NCBI GenBank assembly: GCA_019244185.1
Contig: JAFATB010000006.1
Coordinates: 288,001-352,000, forward strand
Direction: 5' to 3'
Origin: Acidobacteriota bacterium
Lineage (GTDB): Bacteria; Acidobacteriota; Thermoanaerobaculia; Gp7-AA8
DNA length: 64,000 nucleotides
The notes under the pieces were generated by a model, which was not told the DNA's origin, did not search any database, and saw only the letters and a program-made list of their open reading frames with translations. Position 1 is the stretch's first letter, and the number at the start of each line of letters is the position of its first letter. Positions 11,984 to 22,423 of the stretch are shown here, in pieces. Position numbers and translations under genes: made by a program.

Positions 11984-14380
11984 ATGTCGCTACCGCCCGG
12001 CACGCGGCTCGGCCCTTACGAGATCGTTGCACCAATCGGCTCCGGCGGGATGGGCGACGTCTATCGCGCGCGCGACGTTCGCCTCGAACGCGACGTGGCC
12101 GTGAAGGTGCTGCCCGAGCGCGCCACGCGCGACGCCGACGCCCGCGCGCGCTTCGATCGCGAGGCGAAGTCCGTGGCCGCGCTTGCGCATCCGAACATCC
12201 TCGCCATCCACGACTACGGCTCCGCGGAGCGCGTCGCGTATCACGTCACCGAGCTCCTCGAGGGCGAGACGCTGCGCCAACGCCTCACCGAGGGCGCGCT
12301 CCCGTGGCGGAAGACGATCGAGATCGGCGCCGCGATCGCCGACGGCCTCGCCGCCGCGCACGCGAAAGGGATCATCCATCGCGACCTCAAGCCGGACAAC
12401 ATCTTCCTCACCAGCGACGGCCGCGTGAAGATCCTCGACTTCGGCATCGCGGAGCTCGTGCGCGACGAGCCGAAGACCGACGAGATCGATCCGGCGCTGC
12501 TGCCGACCGCGCCGCTGAAAACCGATCCGCACGCGGTGATGGGCACCGCCGGCTACATGTCGCCCGAGCAACTCCGCGGCGAAGCCGTCGACGCGACGAC
12601 CGACATCTTCGCCCTCGGCTGCCTGCTCTTCGAGATGGCCACCGGACGCGCGGCGTTCATCCGCGGCACGGTGATCGACTCGCTCTCCGCGATCCTCAGC
12701 GAGACGCCCGACGTCTTCGACGCCTCGCAGCGGATGATTCCGTTCGAGCTCGCGCGCGTCATCCAGCGCTGTCTCGAGAAGCGGCGCAGCGAGCGCTTTC
12801 AATCCGCGCGCGATCTCGCGTTCGCGTTGCGCGCGATCGGGACGTCGCCGGTTTCGTTCGAGGCGCCGGAAGCGAAACGCAAACGCGTGCGGCGCTCGAT
12901 CGCCGCCGTCGCCGCGCTGGTCATCCTCGCGACGATCGGCTCGTTCGTCGCCGCGCGCCGCACGCGTCTCGAGCCGCCGCCGCACGCCGCGGCCGCGCGT
13001 CCCATACGCGCGCTGGCGATCCTGCCGTTCGTCAACGCGACCGGCGACCGCGACGCGGAGTATCTCTCCGACGGTATCAGCGAGACGCTCATCAACACGC
13101 TCGCGCAGGTGCCGGGGCTGCGCGTGATGTCGCGCACGTCCGTGTTCACGTACAAGGGCACCAACGTCGATCCGCGCCGCATCGGACGCGAGCTGCGCGT
13201 CGGCGCGGTCGTCGTCGGACGCATCGAGGCGCGCGGCGACGAGCTCACCATCGGCGCGGAGCTCATCGACACGAGCGACAACTCGCTGATCTGGGGCAAC
13301 CGTTACCAGGCCGCGCACGCCGACCTCCTCGGCGTGCAGCAGTCGATCGCATCCGAGATCGCGCGCATGCTGCGCATCGAGCTCACCGGCCGCGAACAGC
13401 AGCTCCTCGCCAAACGCCACACCACCGATCCGCGCGCGTACGAGCTCTATCTCAAAGGCCGCTTCCAGTGGAACAAGCGCAGCGCCGAGGGCCTGTACAA
13501 AGCCATCGAGCTATTCAACCAGGCCATCGAGATCGATCCGCAATACGCGCTCGCGTACGCGGGACTGGCCGACTGCTACAACCTCCTCGACATCTGGGCC
13601 GGACTGCCGACGAAGGAGACGTTTCCGAACGCGAAGGCCGCAGCGCAGAAAGCGCTGGCCATCGACGATCAGCTCGCGGAGGCGCACACCTCGCTCGCCT
13701 ACGCGATCCACACGTACGAATGGGACTGGCCCGCGGCGGAGCGCGAGTACCGGCGCGCGATTCAGCTCAACCCGAATTACGCGACCGCGCATCAGTGGTA
13801 CGCGGAGTTCCTCAGCGCGAACGGGCGCTTCGACGAAGCGGAACGCGAGGGGCGTCGCGCGCTCGCGCTCGATCCGATGTCGCCGATCATCAACGCGGTG
13901 GTCTGCTTCAACGAGATGATGGCGCGCCGCTACGATGCCGCCATCGCCCAGGGCCGCCGTACGACACAACTATTTCCATCGTTCATGCCGGGCCACGCCT
14001 ACCTCGGCCTCGCCTATCTCGAAAGCGGCAACGCCGCCGGCGCGATCAGCGAGCTCGAACAGGCGCAGAAGCTCCTCGACATCACCGTCATCCGCACGTG
14101 GCTCATCCGCGCGCAGCTCGCCGCGGGCGACCGCGCGCGCGCCGAGGCGATGACGCGCGAGCTCGAGGAACGAGGGCGCCGCGAATACCTGCCGCCGTAT
14201 TACCTCGCCGCGCTCTACGCGCACCTCGGCGATCCCGACCGCGCCTTCCGCGAGCTCGATCGCGCGCTCGCGGAGCGGACCGGCGCGCTCGTGTGGACGC
14301 GCGTCGATCCGGCGCTCGATCCGCTGCGGGCGGATGCGCGGTTCGCGCGGCTCATCGCAGGAATGCGTACGAAACCTTGA
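11984..14380 (+). CDS. Ser/Thr protein kinase with TM segment, TolB-N-like domain and TPR repeats
   Basis: GSGGMGDVY, HRDLKPDN, DFG, GTAGYMSPEQ; TM helix; LAILPFVN...YLSDGISETLIN; TPRs. Start MSLPPG at 11984. Confidence 0.93.
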   Translation: MSLPPGTRLGPYEIVAPIGSGGMGDVYRARDVRLERDVAVKVLPERATRDADARARFDREAKSVAALAHPNILAIHDYGSAERVAYHVTELLEGETLRQRLTEGALPWRKTIEIGAAIADGLAAAHAKGIIHRDLKPDNIFLTSDGRVKILDFGIAELVRDEPKTDEIDPALLPTAPLKTDPHAVMGTAGYMSPEQLRGEAVDATTDIFALGCLLFEMATGRAAFIRGTVIDSLSAILSETPDVFDASQRMIPFELARVIQRCLEKRRSERFQSARDLAFALRAIGTSPVSFEAPEAKRKRVRRSIAAVAALVILATIGSFVAARRTRLEPPPHAAAARPIRALAILPFVNATGDRDAEYLSDGISETLINTLAQVPGLRVMSRTSVFTYKGTNVDPRRIGRELRVGAVVVGRIEARGDELTIGAELIDTSDNSLIWGNRYQAAHADLLGVQQSIASEIARMLRIELTGREQQLLAKRHTTDPRAYELYLKGRFQWNKRSAEGLYKAIELFNQAIEIDPQYALAYAGLADCYNLLDIWAGLPTKETFPNAKAAAQKALAIDDQLAEAHTSLAYAIHTYEWDWPAAEREYRRAIQLNPNYATAHQWYAEFLSANGRFDEAEREGRRALALDPMSPIINAVVCFNEMMARRYDAAIAQGRRTTQLFPSFMPGHAYLGLAYLESGNAAGAISELEQAQKLLDITVIRTWLIRAQLAAGDRARAEAMTRELEERGRREYLPPYYLAALYAHLGDPDRAFRELDRALAERTGALVWTRVDPALDPLRADARFARLIAGMRTKP

Positions 14381-16598
14381 AGAAGAACGAGCGATCGAGC
14401 GGCAGCAGCCTTTGATTGTTGTTGTTGAGATCCGCGGTCAGCGTGCGGTCGTCGCCGTAGCCGACGAAGAGCACCGTCTGCCAGTTCAGCTTGTAGCTGT
14501 ACAGCACCGAGCCGAGGAACGAGCCGCCAAAGTCGGAGACGGGATCGGTCTTCACGTACTGGCCGATCACGCGCACGAGCGACTTGTTGGAGAAGCTGTA
14601 CTGCGCGCGGATGCGCTCGATGGTTGACGTGTAGAGGCGCGTGCTGGAGACGTCGAGCCATTCGCGCGCGGCGTTGAACTGCAGGTCGAGGCGATCGTAC
14701 GGTCGCACGGTCGCGCTCGCGGTGATCGACGTGCCGTCGCCGACGCGCGCGCCGGCGAAGTCGATCTGCTGTCCCTGCCGCACCTCGAGCGAGACGCGCG
14801 GCAGCCGTCGCGACGGATCGATCTGCACGACGTAGTCGCCGTAGGTCTGCCCCAGTTCCCGATTGCCGACCAGCACCTTCTCGTTCGGCCGGAACAGCGC
14901 GCTGATGGTGAGGTTCTTCACGCCAAACGCGAAAAAGCCGAGCGACGCCTGCTGGAAGAGCGTGTTGCCGTCGTGGTCCGTCTGGCGGTCGACGAGGAGG
15001 CTCGGCCGGATGTAGCGGAGCATGCTGTGCTCGGGATAGAAGCGGAGACCGACGACGCCGAGGAGCTCGCGGTAGCCGACCTGCGGAATGAAGCCGAGGT
15101 CCGCGCGGAAGTCGTCGCCGAGATCGCTCGCGGACACGCTCCAGTCGTACTTGCGCTGCTGATGATTCCAGCTCGACGTGAACGCGTACGACTGCTGCGA
15201 CCCGCCGTTCGTTGCGGGCGAAGCGCTGCCCAGCGCATTCTCGGTGTCAGAGTAGAGGAACTGCGCGGTGAGCGAATCGGTCTGCGTCGGACGCCACTGG
15301 AAGTCGGGGCCGAGGACGCGATTGTGGCCGCCGCCGCTGATCTCGCGGTCGGTCAGCACGGCGCCGACGTACGACGAGCCGAGGCTGTGCCGCACGCGGC
15401 CGATCGTCGCATACGAGCGGAAGTCTTCCGGCGCGAAGCTCGAGCCCTGAGGTCCCGGCAGGATCACCACGCCGCCGCCGCGATCCTCCGTCACGAGCAG
15501 CGTGTACGCGGTATCTCCGCTCTTGCCCGTCGCGCGCACACCGGCGCGCGGCGAGTTGATCGTGCGCGTGTAGGCGACCTGCATCGGCGTGTCGAAGAGG
15601 TCGAAGCCCTCGAGGAAGAACGGCCGCTTCTCGGGGAAGAACACGGCGAAGCGGCGATTGACGGTGATCTGCGCGACGTCCGCCTCGATCTGCGAGAAGT
15701 CGGGGTTGAGCGTGAGGTCGAGCGTGTTGTTCGCGGTCGGGTTCCACTTCACGTCGAGACCGGCGTCGGTGTCGATGTCGTCGCTGTGCAGCGGCGAGCC
15801 GAGGCCGTCGCGCGGTTCGGAGAGCCGGCCCGCGGTGACGTACGGCGCGGCCACGAAGTGTCCCGCCTCCGGCAAGCCGGTGAGGCCGGTCAGCGGATGC
15901 ATGTGGCACACGAGGCAGTTCGAGCCGCGCGCGATCGGCGCGCTGTGGAACGCGTAGCGGAAGTCGCGCGGATAGTTGCGCCAGATGAGGATGTTCCACG
16001 TCTGCGGATCGGCGCTGCCGTAGCGCAGCGACGTGAACGGGATGCGGTACTCCGCGCTCCAGCCTTTCTCGTCGATCTTCGCCGCGGTGTCGTAGAAGAA
16101 GTCGGGCGAGAAGTCTTCGTTGCCGTTCGCGTCGTTGAAGATGCCGTCGGCCTGAATGCCGCGCGGATTCACGCGCAGCTCCATCGCCGTGCGCTTGTCG
16201 TTGCGCGTGTCGAGGAAGACGGCGATGTTGTCGTCGGTGCCGATGACGGCGTCGCGGTCGACGTACGGCGCGCGGATCTTCTTCGGATCGGGATCGTCGC
16301 AACGGACGCCGATGTAGAAGTAGCGGCTGTCGTACGTCACGTACGCGACGGTCCGCACTTTCGGCTCGTTGTTGTCGCCGGGCGAAGTCTCGTAGAACTT
16401 GTCGATGACGGTGGCGTTCTGCCAGCCGGAGTCATTGAGCTCGCCGTCGAGCTGAATCGCGCCCGTGGTCTTCGCCACGCCCACGGGACCCGGTCCCTGC
16501 GGCTCCGGCGCGTCCGCCGCAAACACGCATGTCGACCATCCGATCGACAAACCCATCACAAAAAGAGCGCCGAGGCTCCATCTCCGCATCGCCACCAT
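14352..16598 (-). CDS. CBM9-like/DUF5916 outer-membrane beta-barrel protein
   Basis: Signal peptide, IQLDGEL..W, WSAEYRIPF, LNPDFSQIEAD, FFPEKRPFFLE, C-terminal FFFKVSYAF. Confidence 0.82.
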   Translation of the reverse strand: MVAMRRWSLGALFVMGLSIGWSTCVFAADAPEPQGPGPVGVAKTTGAIQLDGELNDSGWQNATVIDKFYETSPGDNNEPKVRTVAYVTYDSRYFYIGVRCDDPDPKKIRAPYVDRDAVIGTDDNIAVFLDTRNDKRTAMELRVNPRGIQADGIFNDANGNEDFSPDFFYDTAAKIDEKGWSAEYRIPFTSLRYGSADPQTWNILIWRNYPRDFRYAFHSAPIARGSNCLVCHMHPLTGLTGLPEAGHFVAAPYVTAGRLSEPRDGLGSPLHSDDIDTDAGLDVKWNPTANNTLDLTLNPDFSQIEADVAQITVNRRFAVFFPEKRPFFLEGFDLFDTPMQVAYTRTINSPRAGVRATGKSGDTAYTLLVTEDRGGGVVILPGPQGSSFAPEDFRSYATIGRVRHSLGSSYVGAVLTDREISGGGHNRVLGPDFQWRPTQTDSLTAQFLYSDTENALGSASPATNGGSQQSYAFTSSWNHQQRKYDWSVSASDLGDDFRADLGFIPQVGYRELLGVVGLRFYPEHSMLRYIRPSLLVDRQTDHDGNTLFQQASLGFFAFGVKNLTISALFRPNEKVLVGNRELGQTYGDYVVQIDPSRRLPRVSLEVRQGQQIDFAGARVGDGTSITASATVRPYDRLDLQFNAAREWLDVSSTRLYTSTIERIRAQYSFSNKSLVRVIGQYVKTDPVSDFGGSFLGSVLYSYKLNWQTVLFVGYGDDRTLTADLNNNNQRLLPLDRSFFFKVSYAFLR

Positions 16599-16741
16599 CC
16601 TCCGTTACGAAGATTTACGTAGACATCGCGGAAAGAGTTGCAGCGGCGTTGAAAAAAAGTTGCCCGCGGATCCGCATGCCGCATTGGACGCCGCGACGCT
16701 GCGTCGGTTAGCGACGCGAGACGATACGCGGCGCGCGCGCG

Positions 16742-17677
16742 TTACCGCACGACGCCGCGGAAGTAATCGATCGTCTTCTGCAGTCCCTCTTCGAGCGGCA
16801 CCTGCGGCTCCCAGCCGAGGAGCTGCCGCGCCTTCGTGATGTCCGGACGCCGGATCTTCGGATCGTCTTCCGGCAGCGGACGGAACTCGATCGGCGCATC
16901 GGTGCCGGTGAGGCGCTTGATCTCCTGCGCAAACTGCAGCACGGTCATCTCGGACGGGTTGCCGATGTTCGTCGGCAGCGGCTCGTCGGACATCAGCAGT
17001 CGATAGATGCCTTCGACGAGATCGGAGACGTAGCAGAACGAACGCGTCTGCGAGCCGTCGCCGAACACCGTCAGCGGCTCGTTTCTGAGCGACTGCGAGA
17101 TGAACGCGGGGACGACGCGGCCGTCCTCGACGCGCATGCGCGGACCGTACGTGTTGAAGATGCGCACGATGCGCGTCTGCACGCCATGGAAGCGCTGATA
17201 CGCCATGGTCATCGCTTCCGCGAAGCGCTTGGCCTCGTCGTACACGCCGCGCGGGCCGACCGGGTTGACGTTTCCCCAGTAATCCTCTTTCTGCGGGTGA
17301 ATGAGCGGGTCGCCGTACACTTCCGACGTCGACGCGAGCAGGTACCGCGCGCCTTTGTCCTTCGCCACGCCGAGGGTCTTGTGCGTGCCGAGCGAGCCGA
17401 CCTTCAGCGTCTGGATCGGCTTCTCGAGATAGTCGATCGGACTGGCCGGCGAGGCGAAGTGCAGGACGTAGTCGAGCGGGCCGTCGATGTGGATGTAATT
17501 CGTGACGTCCTGCTTGATGAACGTGAAGCCGTCGTGCCCGAACAAATGCTTGATGTTCGCCGGGTTGCCGGTGAGGAAGTTGTCCATGCAGACGACTTCG
17601 TGGCCGCGCGAGAGAAAGAGCTCGCACAGATGCGAGCCGAGGAAGCCGGCGCCGCCGGTGATGAGCGCGCGCGGCAT
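16742..17677 (-). CDS. UDP-glucuronate decarboxylase (UDP-xylose synthase family SDR)
   Basis: [44 protein letters not shown]; start MPRALIT at 17677. Confidence 0.92.
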   Translation of the reverse strand: MPRALITGGAGFLGSHLCELFLSRGHEVVCMDNFLTGNPANIKHLFGHDGFTFIKQDVTNYIHIDGPLDYVLHFASPASPIDYLEKPIQTLKVGSLGTHKTLGVAKDKGARYLLASTSEVYGDPLIHPQKEDYWGNVNPVGPRGVYDEAKRFAEAMTMAYQRFHGVQTRIVRIFNTYGPRMRVEDGRVVPAFISQSLRNEPLTVFGDGSQTRSFCYVSDLVEGIYRLLMSDEPLPTNIGNPSEMTVLQFAQEIKRLTGTDAPIEFRPLPEDDPKIRRPDITKARQLLGWEPQVPLEEGLQKTIDYFRGVVR

Positions 17678-19002
17678 CAGCGGGTCCTCTTCCGGCGGTC
17701 GTCGACGCGGCCGACGGAGGTGTACTTGAAGCCGAGTCCGGCCATGCGGAAGGGCTCGTAGACGTTGCGCAGGTCGACGATCGACGGCTGCCGCAACGCC
17801 TTGCGGATGCGCTCGAAGTTCAGCGCGCGGAACTCGTTCCATTCCGTCGCCAGCACGAGCAAATCCGCGCCGTCGGCGGTCGCATACGCATCCTCGCAGT
17901 AGACGATGTCGTTGAAGATCTTCTTTGCGTTGTCCATCGCCTGCGGGTCGTACACGCGCAGCGTCGCGCCGCGCTTCTGCAGTCCCTGAATGATCGGAAT
18001 TGTCGGCGAGTCGCGCATGTCGTCCGTCTCCGGCTTGAACGCGAGACCGAGCATGGCCACGGTCTTTCCTTCGACTTCGCCGTCGAGCGCCGCGACGATC
18101 TTGTCGATCATGCGCAGCTTGACCGCATCATTGACGCGCAACACGGCTTCCATGATCTGAAAGTCGTAGTCGTGCCGCCGCGCGATGTCCGCCAGCGCGG
18201 AGGTGTCTTTCGGAAAGCACGAGCCGCCGAAGCCCGGTCCCGCCTGCAGGAACTTCGGTCCGATGCGCGTGTCGAGTCCCATGCCGATGGCGACGTCGTG
18301 CACGTTCGCCCCGACTTTCTCGCACAACGCGGCGATCTCGTTGATGAAGGTGATCTTCGTCGCGAGAAATCCGTTGGCCGCGTACTTGATGAGCTCCGAC
18401 GATTCGACGTTCGTCACGACGAAGGGGATCTCGAGCGAATGCAGCGGCGCGTAGACCTCTTTCATGAGCTCCGCCGCCTCATCGCTCGACGCGCCGATGA
18501 CGACGCGGTCCGGCCGCATGAAGTCTTCGATGGCCGAGCCTTCGCGCAGGAACTCGGGATTCGAGACGATCGACGCTTTGTGCCCGGTGCCGTGCGATTC
18601 GATGATCTGTTCGATCATGTGGCCCGTCCCGATCGGCACGGTCGACTTGGTGATGACGAGCTTCGGGCCGTTCATGTGCTGCGCGATCGAATGCGCGACT
18701 TCTTCGACATAGCGCAGATCGGCCGAGCCGTCCGGCTTCGGCGGCGTGCCGACGGCGATGAAGATCGCCCGCGCCGCGCGGATCGCTTCCGAGAGATCCG
18801 TCGTGAATCGCAGCCGCCCCTCGCTCACGTTCTTGCTGACGAGGGTGTCGAGTCCCGGTTCGTAAATGGGGATGATGCCGTTCTTCAGCGCCTCGATCTT
18901 TTTGACGTCGACGTCGACGCAGATGACGTCGTTGCCAAAGTCCGAAAGACCGGCGCCGGTGACGAGGCCAACATACCCCGTGCCGATGACCGCTATGTCC
19001 AC
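17677..19002 (-). CDS. ugd: UDP-glucose 6-dehydrogenase
   Basis: [40 protein letters not shown]. Confidence 0.95.
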   Translation of the reverse strand: MDIAVIGTGYVGLVTGAGLSDFGNDVICVDVDVKKIEALKNGIIPIYEPGLDTLVSKNVSEGRLRFTTDLSEAIRAARAIFIAVGTPPKPDGSADLRYVEEVAHSIAQHMNGPKLVITKSTVPIGTGHMIEQIIESHGTGHKASIVSNPEFLREGSAIEDFMRPDRVVIGASSDEAAELMKEVYAPLHSLEIPFVVTNVESSELIKYAANGFLATKITFINEIAALCEKVGANVHDVAIGMGLDTRIGPKFLQAGPGFGGSCFPKDTSALADIARRHDYDFQIMEAVLRVNDAVKLRMIDKIVAALDGEVEGKTVAMLGLAFKPETDDMRDSPTIPIIQGLQKRGATLRVYDPQAMDNAKKIFNDIVYCEDAYATADGADLLVLATEWNEFRALNFERIRKALRQPSIVDLRNVYEPFRMAGLGFKYTSVGRVDDRRKRTR

Positions 19003-19250
19003 GTAAGGATCCTCCGCGGGAAAGTAGGTGCGCCTGACAAATCAATGCGCACCGGCCGCGCATCCTACAACATCGCTGCCAGTCGGCACGGCCGACTGCG
19101 CTTAAGGCATAGCCAAGCTGCACGTACGGCTTAAGCTCGATGTCGCGATGCCGCGGTTGGCGCCGGCGCAGCCGGCTGGCGGGCCCGGCGGCACACGCGG
19201 CTGCTGCTCGATGTCGCGTTGCCGTGACGGCTCGTTCCGCGTCGCGCGAG

Positions 19251-20651
19251 CTATGGCCTGGTCGCCGGCGGTGCGACGGTGTCGGTGGCCGGCGGCGGCG
19301 TGGTGGTCGTCGTCGCCGGCGTCGTGGTGGACTCGGGCGCAGTCGTTGTCGCTGGCGCGATCGTCGTCGTGGGCGCAAGTGTTGTCGCGGGTGCGGGCGT
19401 GGTCGCGGGCGGCGGCGCGGGCGGCTCGACCGTCGGCGGCGCGGCGTTCGGCACCGGCGCTACATTCGGCGCGGGCGGCGGCGGCGCGACGGCCGGCGCC
19501 TGTTGCGCTTCCGTCGCACGGCGCTCGATGCCCGCCTGCTGGCGGTTGCGGATGAGCCAGCGCAGGAGCTTCGATTCGTTGATGCCGACGAGGATGTCGT
19601 TGATCGACTCGTAGATCGTCGGGTCGGTGATCAGTTTTCCGGCGCTGCCCTGGCCGTTGTTCACTTTCGCGACGACTTCGTTGAGCTGCCGCACGAGGAG
19701 CGTGAACTCGGAGAGCGCCTGGTCGCCGTAGGTCTTGTCGTTGATCAGGCGCGGGACGAGTCCCTGTCCCGTCTGCAGCGTGCCGGTGAAGGCGGCGAGG
19801 TTCGCGCTCGTCGTGCGCAGGTTGTCGACGAGGTCGTACACCCGCTTCTTCCCTTCGGGATCGTTGAGCAGCGCGGGGAGCGCGCCGTTGCCCGACTCGA
19901 AGCTCTTCTGCACGGTGCCGGTGATGCCGGCCAGCGACTGCGCGGCGCTGGCCAGCGACGCGGTCAGCTGCTCGCTGTAGGCGTCGTCGTAGATCAGTTT
20001 GCCGAGGACGCCGCGGCCGCTCTCCAGGTGCGTGAGCGCGGCGTTCGTTTTGTTGAGCGTCGTCAGGAACGTGTCGGTGATGCGCTGGCGCGTTTCGGGC
20101 GCGGTGGTGATCTCGCCGAGGAGACCTTCGCCGCGGTCGATGCGCGCGAGGATGTTTTTCAGCGAATACGAGATCTGCACGAAGTTGTCGACGAGGTCTT
20201 CGCCCGACGAGATGAGCGACTCGACGTCCGTCTGGCGCTGCGCCGGAATCTCGGACCCCGGCTCGAGCGACGGGAAACGCGGCGTGCCGGGGGTGACGTC
20301 GATGAAGCTGTCGCCGGTGAGGAGGCCGAGTTTCTTCAGGCGCACGCGCGAGTCGCCGCGCACGCGCTCGGCGTACTTGCGGTCGATCATCAGCAGGATC
20401 TCGACGCTCTTCTGCTTCGGATCCGACGGCAGCTTGATGTCGCGGATCACGCCGATGGTCACGCCCGACATCTTCACGGGGTTGCCCTCGGCGAGGCCGC
20501 TCACGTTCTCGAGCCGCACCTCGTACTCGTTCTTGCGCGCGAAGATCTTCTGCTCCGATCCGATGAAGAAGAGGAACAGCATCAGGATGACCAGCGAGGC
20601 TGAAACGAGCAGCCCCACGCGCACGGATTTATCTCTTGTCGTTTTCGCCAT
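19251..20651 (-). CDS. mlaD: MlaD/MCE-family protein with long helical region and Pro/Thr/Ala-rich tail
   Basis: N-terminal TM, VSGLAEGNPVKMSGVTIG MCE motif, repeated G(L/V)LG(K/E)LI segments; ATG at 20651. Confidence 0.85.
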   Translation of the reverse strand: MAKTTRDKSVRVGLLVSASLVILMLFLFFIGSEQKIFARKNEYEVRLENVSGLAEGNPVKMSGVTIGVIRDIKLPSDPKQKSVEILLMIDRKYAERVRGDSRVRLKKLGLLTGDSFIDVTPGTPRFPSLEPGSEIPAQRQTDVESLISSGEDLVDNFVQISYSLKNILARIDRGEGLLGEITTAPETRQRITDTFLTTLNKTNAALTHLESGRGVLGKLIYDDAYSEQLTASLASAAQSLAGITGTVQKSFESGNGALPALLNDPEGKKRVYDLVDNLRTTSANLAAFTGTLQTGQGLVPRLINDKTYGDQALSEFTLLVRQLNEVVAKVNNGQGSAGKLITDPTIYESINDILVGINESKLLRWLIRNRQQAGIERRATEAQQAPAVAPPPPAPNVAPVPNAAPPTVEPPAPPPATTPAPATTLAPTTTIAPATTTAPESTTTPATTTTTPPPATDTVAPPATRP

Positions 20652-20656
20652 AAGGT

Positions 20657-21484
20657 CTACTTCGACGGCTGCGCTGCCACAACCGCGCTGGCCTTCAGGA
20701 ATTCTCGGAGTTTCGGATGATCGGAGTCGCGCGCCGCGTCCATGGTGCCGACCCATTCGAAGACGCCCTGGTTGAGGAACGCGATGCGGTCGCCGACGGA
20801 GAACGCGGACTGGATGTCGTGCGTGACGACGACCGAGGTCACACTGAGCTTCGTCTGCAGATCGACGATGAGCTCGTTGATCTTTTGCGAGGTGATCGGA
20901 TCGAGGCCCGTGGTCGGCTCGTCGTACAGGATCACCTGTGGATCGAGCACGATCGAGCGCGCGAGTCCCACGCGCTTGCGCATGCCGCCGGAGAGATCGA
21001 CCGGCATCAGGTGCTCGGTGTTCGGCAGGTGTACGAGCTCGAGCTTCTCGCGCACGGCGCGCGCGATCTCGTCCTCCGACATGTCGGTGTGCTCGCGCAG
21101 CGGGAACGCCACGTTCTCGAAGACGGTCATCGAGTCGAACAGCGCGCCGCTCTGGAAGAGCATCCCGAACTTCTTGCGCACGCGGTAGAGGTCTTCTTCC
21201 GGCAGATCAGTGATGTCTTCCTCTTCGACGAAGACGCGTCCCGAGTCCGGCGCCTCGAGGCCGAGCATGTGCCGCAGCGTGACGGACTTGCCGGTGCCGG
21301 AGCCGCCGAGGATCACCAGCACTTCACCGCGGTACACCTTCAGCGTCGCGCCGCGCAGCACGGCTTTCGGCCCGTATTTTTTGAAGACATCCTGAAACTC
21401 GACGAACGGCTCGCGCGGCTGGCGTCGCCGCTCGGGCGTCTGGCGCTCGGTGGCGCGGCGGTCCGTCGTGATCGACTCGGTCAT
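20657..21484 (-). CDS. mlaF: MlaF-type ABC transporter ATPase
   Basis: GGSGTGKS, FGMLFQSGALFDS, LSGGMRKRV, DEPTTGLDP. Confidence 0.92.
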   Translation of the reverse strand: MTESITTDRRATERQTPERRRQPREPFVEFQDVFKKYGPKAVLRGATLKVYRGEVLVILGGSGTGKSVTLRHMLGLEAPDSGRVFVEEEDITDLPEEDLYRVRKKFGMLFQSGALFDSMTVFENVAFPLREHTDMSEDEIARAVREKLELVHLPNTEHLMPVDLSGGMRKRVGLARSIVLDPQVILYDEPTTGLDPITSQKINELIVDLQTKLSVTSVVVTHDIQSAFSVGDRIAFLNQGVFEWVGTMDAARDSDHPKLREFLKASAVVAAQPSK

Positions 21485-22305
21485 CAGAAGAGAAAGAGAA
21501 AAAGCTTCGTGAGAAAAAAGTCGGTGATCAAAACCGTGATCGCGCCGGTGACGACGGTCATCGTCGTGGCGCGGCCGACGCCGTCCGCGCCGCCCGTCGT
21601 GCGCAGGCCGTTGTAGCAGGCGATGAGTGAGACGCCGAAGCCGAAGAAGAAGGTCTTGCCGATGCCCGACGCGAGGTCGTTGTACTTCACGGTGGTGATG
21701 ACGCTGCGCATGTAGAAGTTCGCGGCGAGATGCAGGTTCGCCACGGCGATGAGCATGCCGCCGAGAATGCCGAGGGCGATCGAGATGACGGTCAGCAGCG
21801 GGAACATGATCGTCGTGGCGACGACGCGCGGCACGACCAACTTGCGCACGGGATTCGTCGCCAGCGCGCGCAGCGCGTCGATCTGCTCGGTCACTTTCAT
21901 CGTCCCGAGCTCCGCAGTCATGCCCGCGCCGACGCGGCCGCCGACCATCAGCGACATCAGCACCGGCGCGAGCTCGCGCACGAGCGAGAGCGAGACGACC
22001 ATGCCGATGAACAGCTTTCCGCCGAAGTCCGCGAGCGCGTACGCGGTCTGCAGCGCGAGCACCATGCCGACGAACGCGGACGTGATGATGACGATCGAGA
22101 TCGACCGCACGCCGACCTGCTCGAACTGCGCGATGAGCAGCGGCCGCTCGAGCGGACCGCGCCGCAGCTGCTGGATCGTCTGCATCGCGAGATCGGTGAT
22201 GCCGCCGACGTACTCGAACGCGTTGTCCGCGCGCTCGCGGACGCGCGTGAAAAAGCCGGGCGCTTCCGGCGCGGTCGAGTCATCGAGAATCGGTGCAGTG
22301 GTCAT
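21484..22305 (-). CDS. mlaE: MlaE-type ABC permease
   Basis: VRELAPV, GRVGAGMTAELGTMKVTEQIDAL, GVGRATT. Confidence 0.93.
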   Translation of the reverse strand: MTTAPILDDSTAPEAPGFFTRVRERADNAFEYVGGITDLAMQTIQQLRRGPLERPLLIAQFEQVGVRSISIVIITSAFVGMVLALQTAYALADFGGKLFIGMVVSLSLVRELAPVLMSLMVGGRVGAGMTAELGTMKVTEQIDALRALATNPVRKLVVPRVVATTIMFPLLTVISIALGILGGMLIAVANLHLAANFYMRSVITTVKYNDLASGIGKTFFFGFGVSLIACYNGLRTTGGADGVGRATTMTVVTGAITVLITDFFLTKLFLFLF

Positions 22306-22423
22306 GCGTGTCGTTCAACGTCGAGCGAGGGAACTTTAATCACTCCACGCGAAATCCAGGGCGAACTATGCCATGCCAGCAACTTGCGCGCCGTCGCGGC
22401 AGAATCCGCTATCCGCGGCATGC

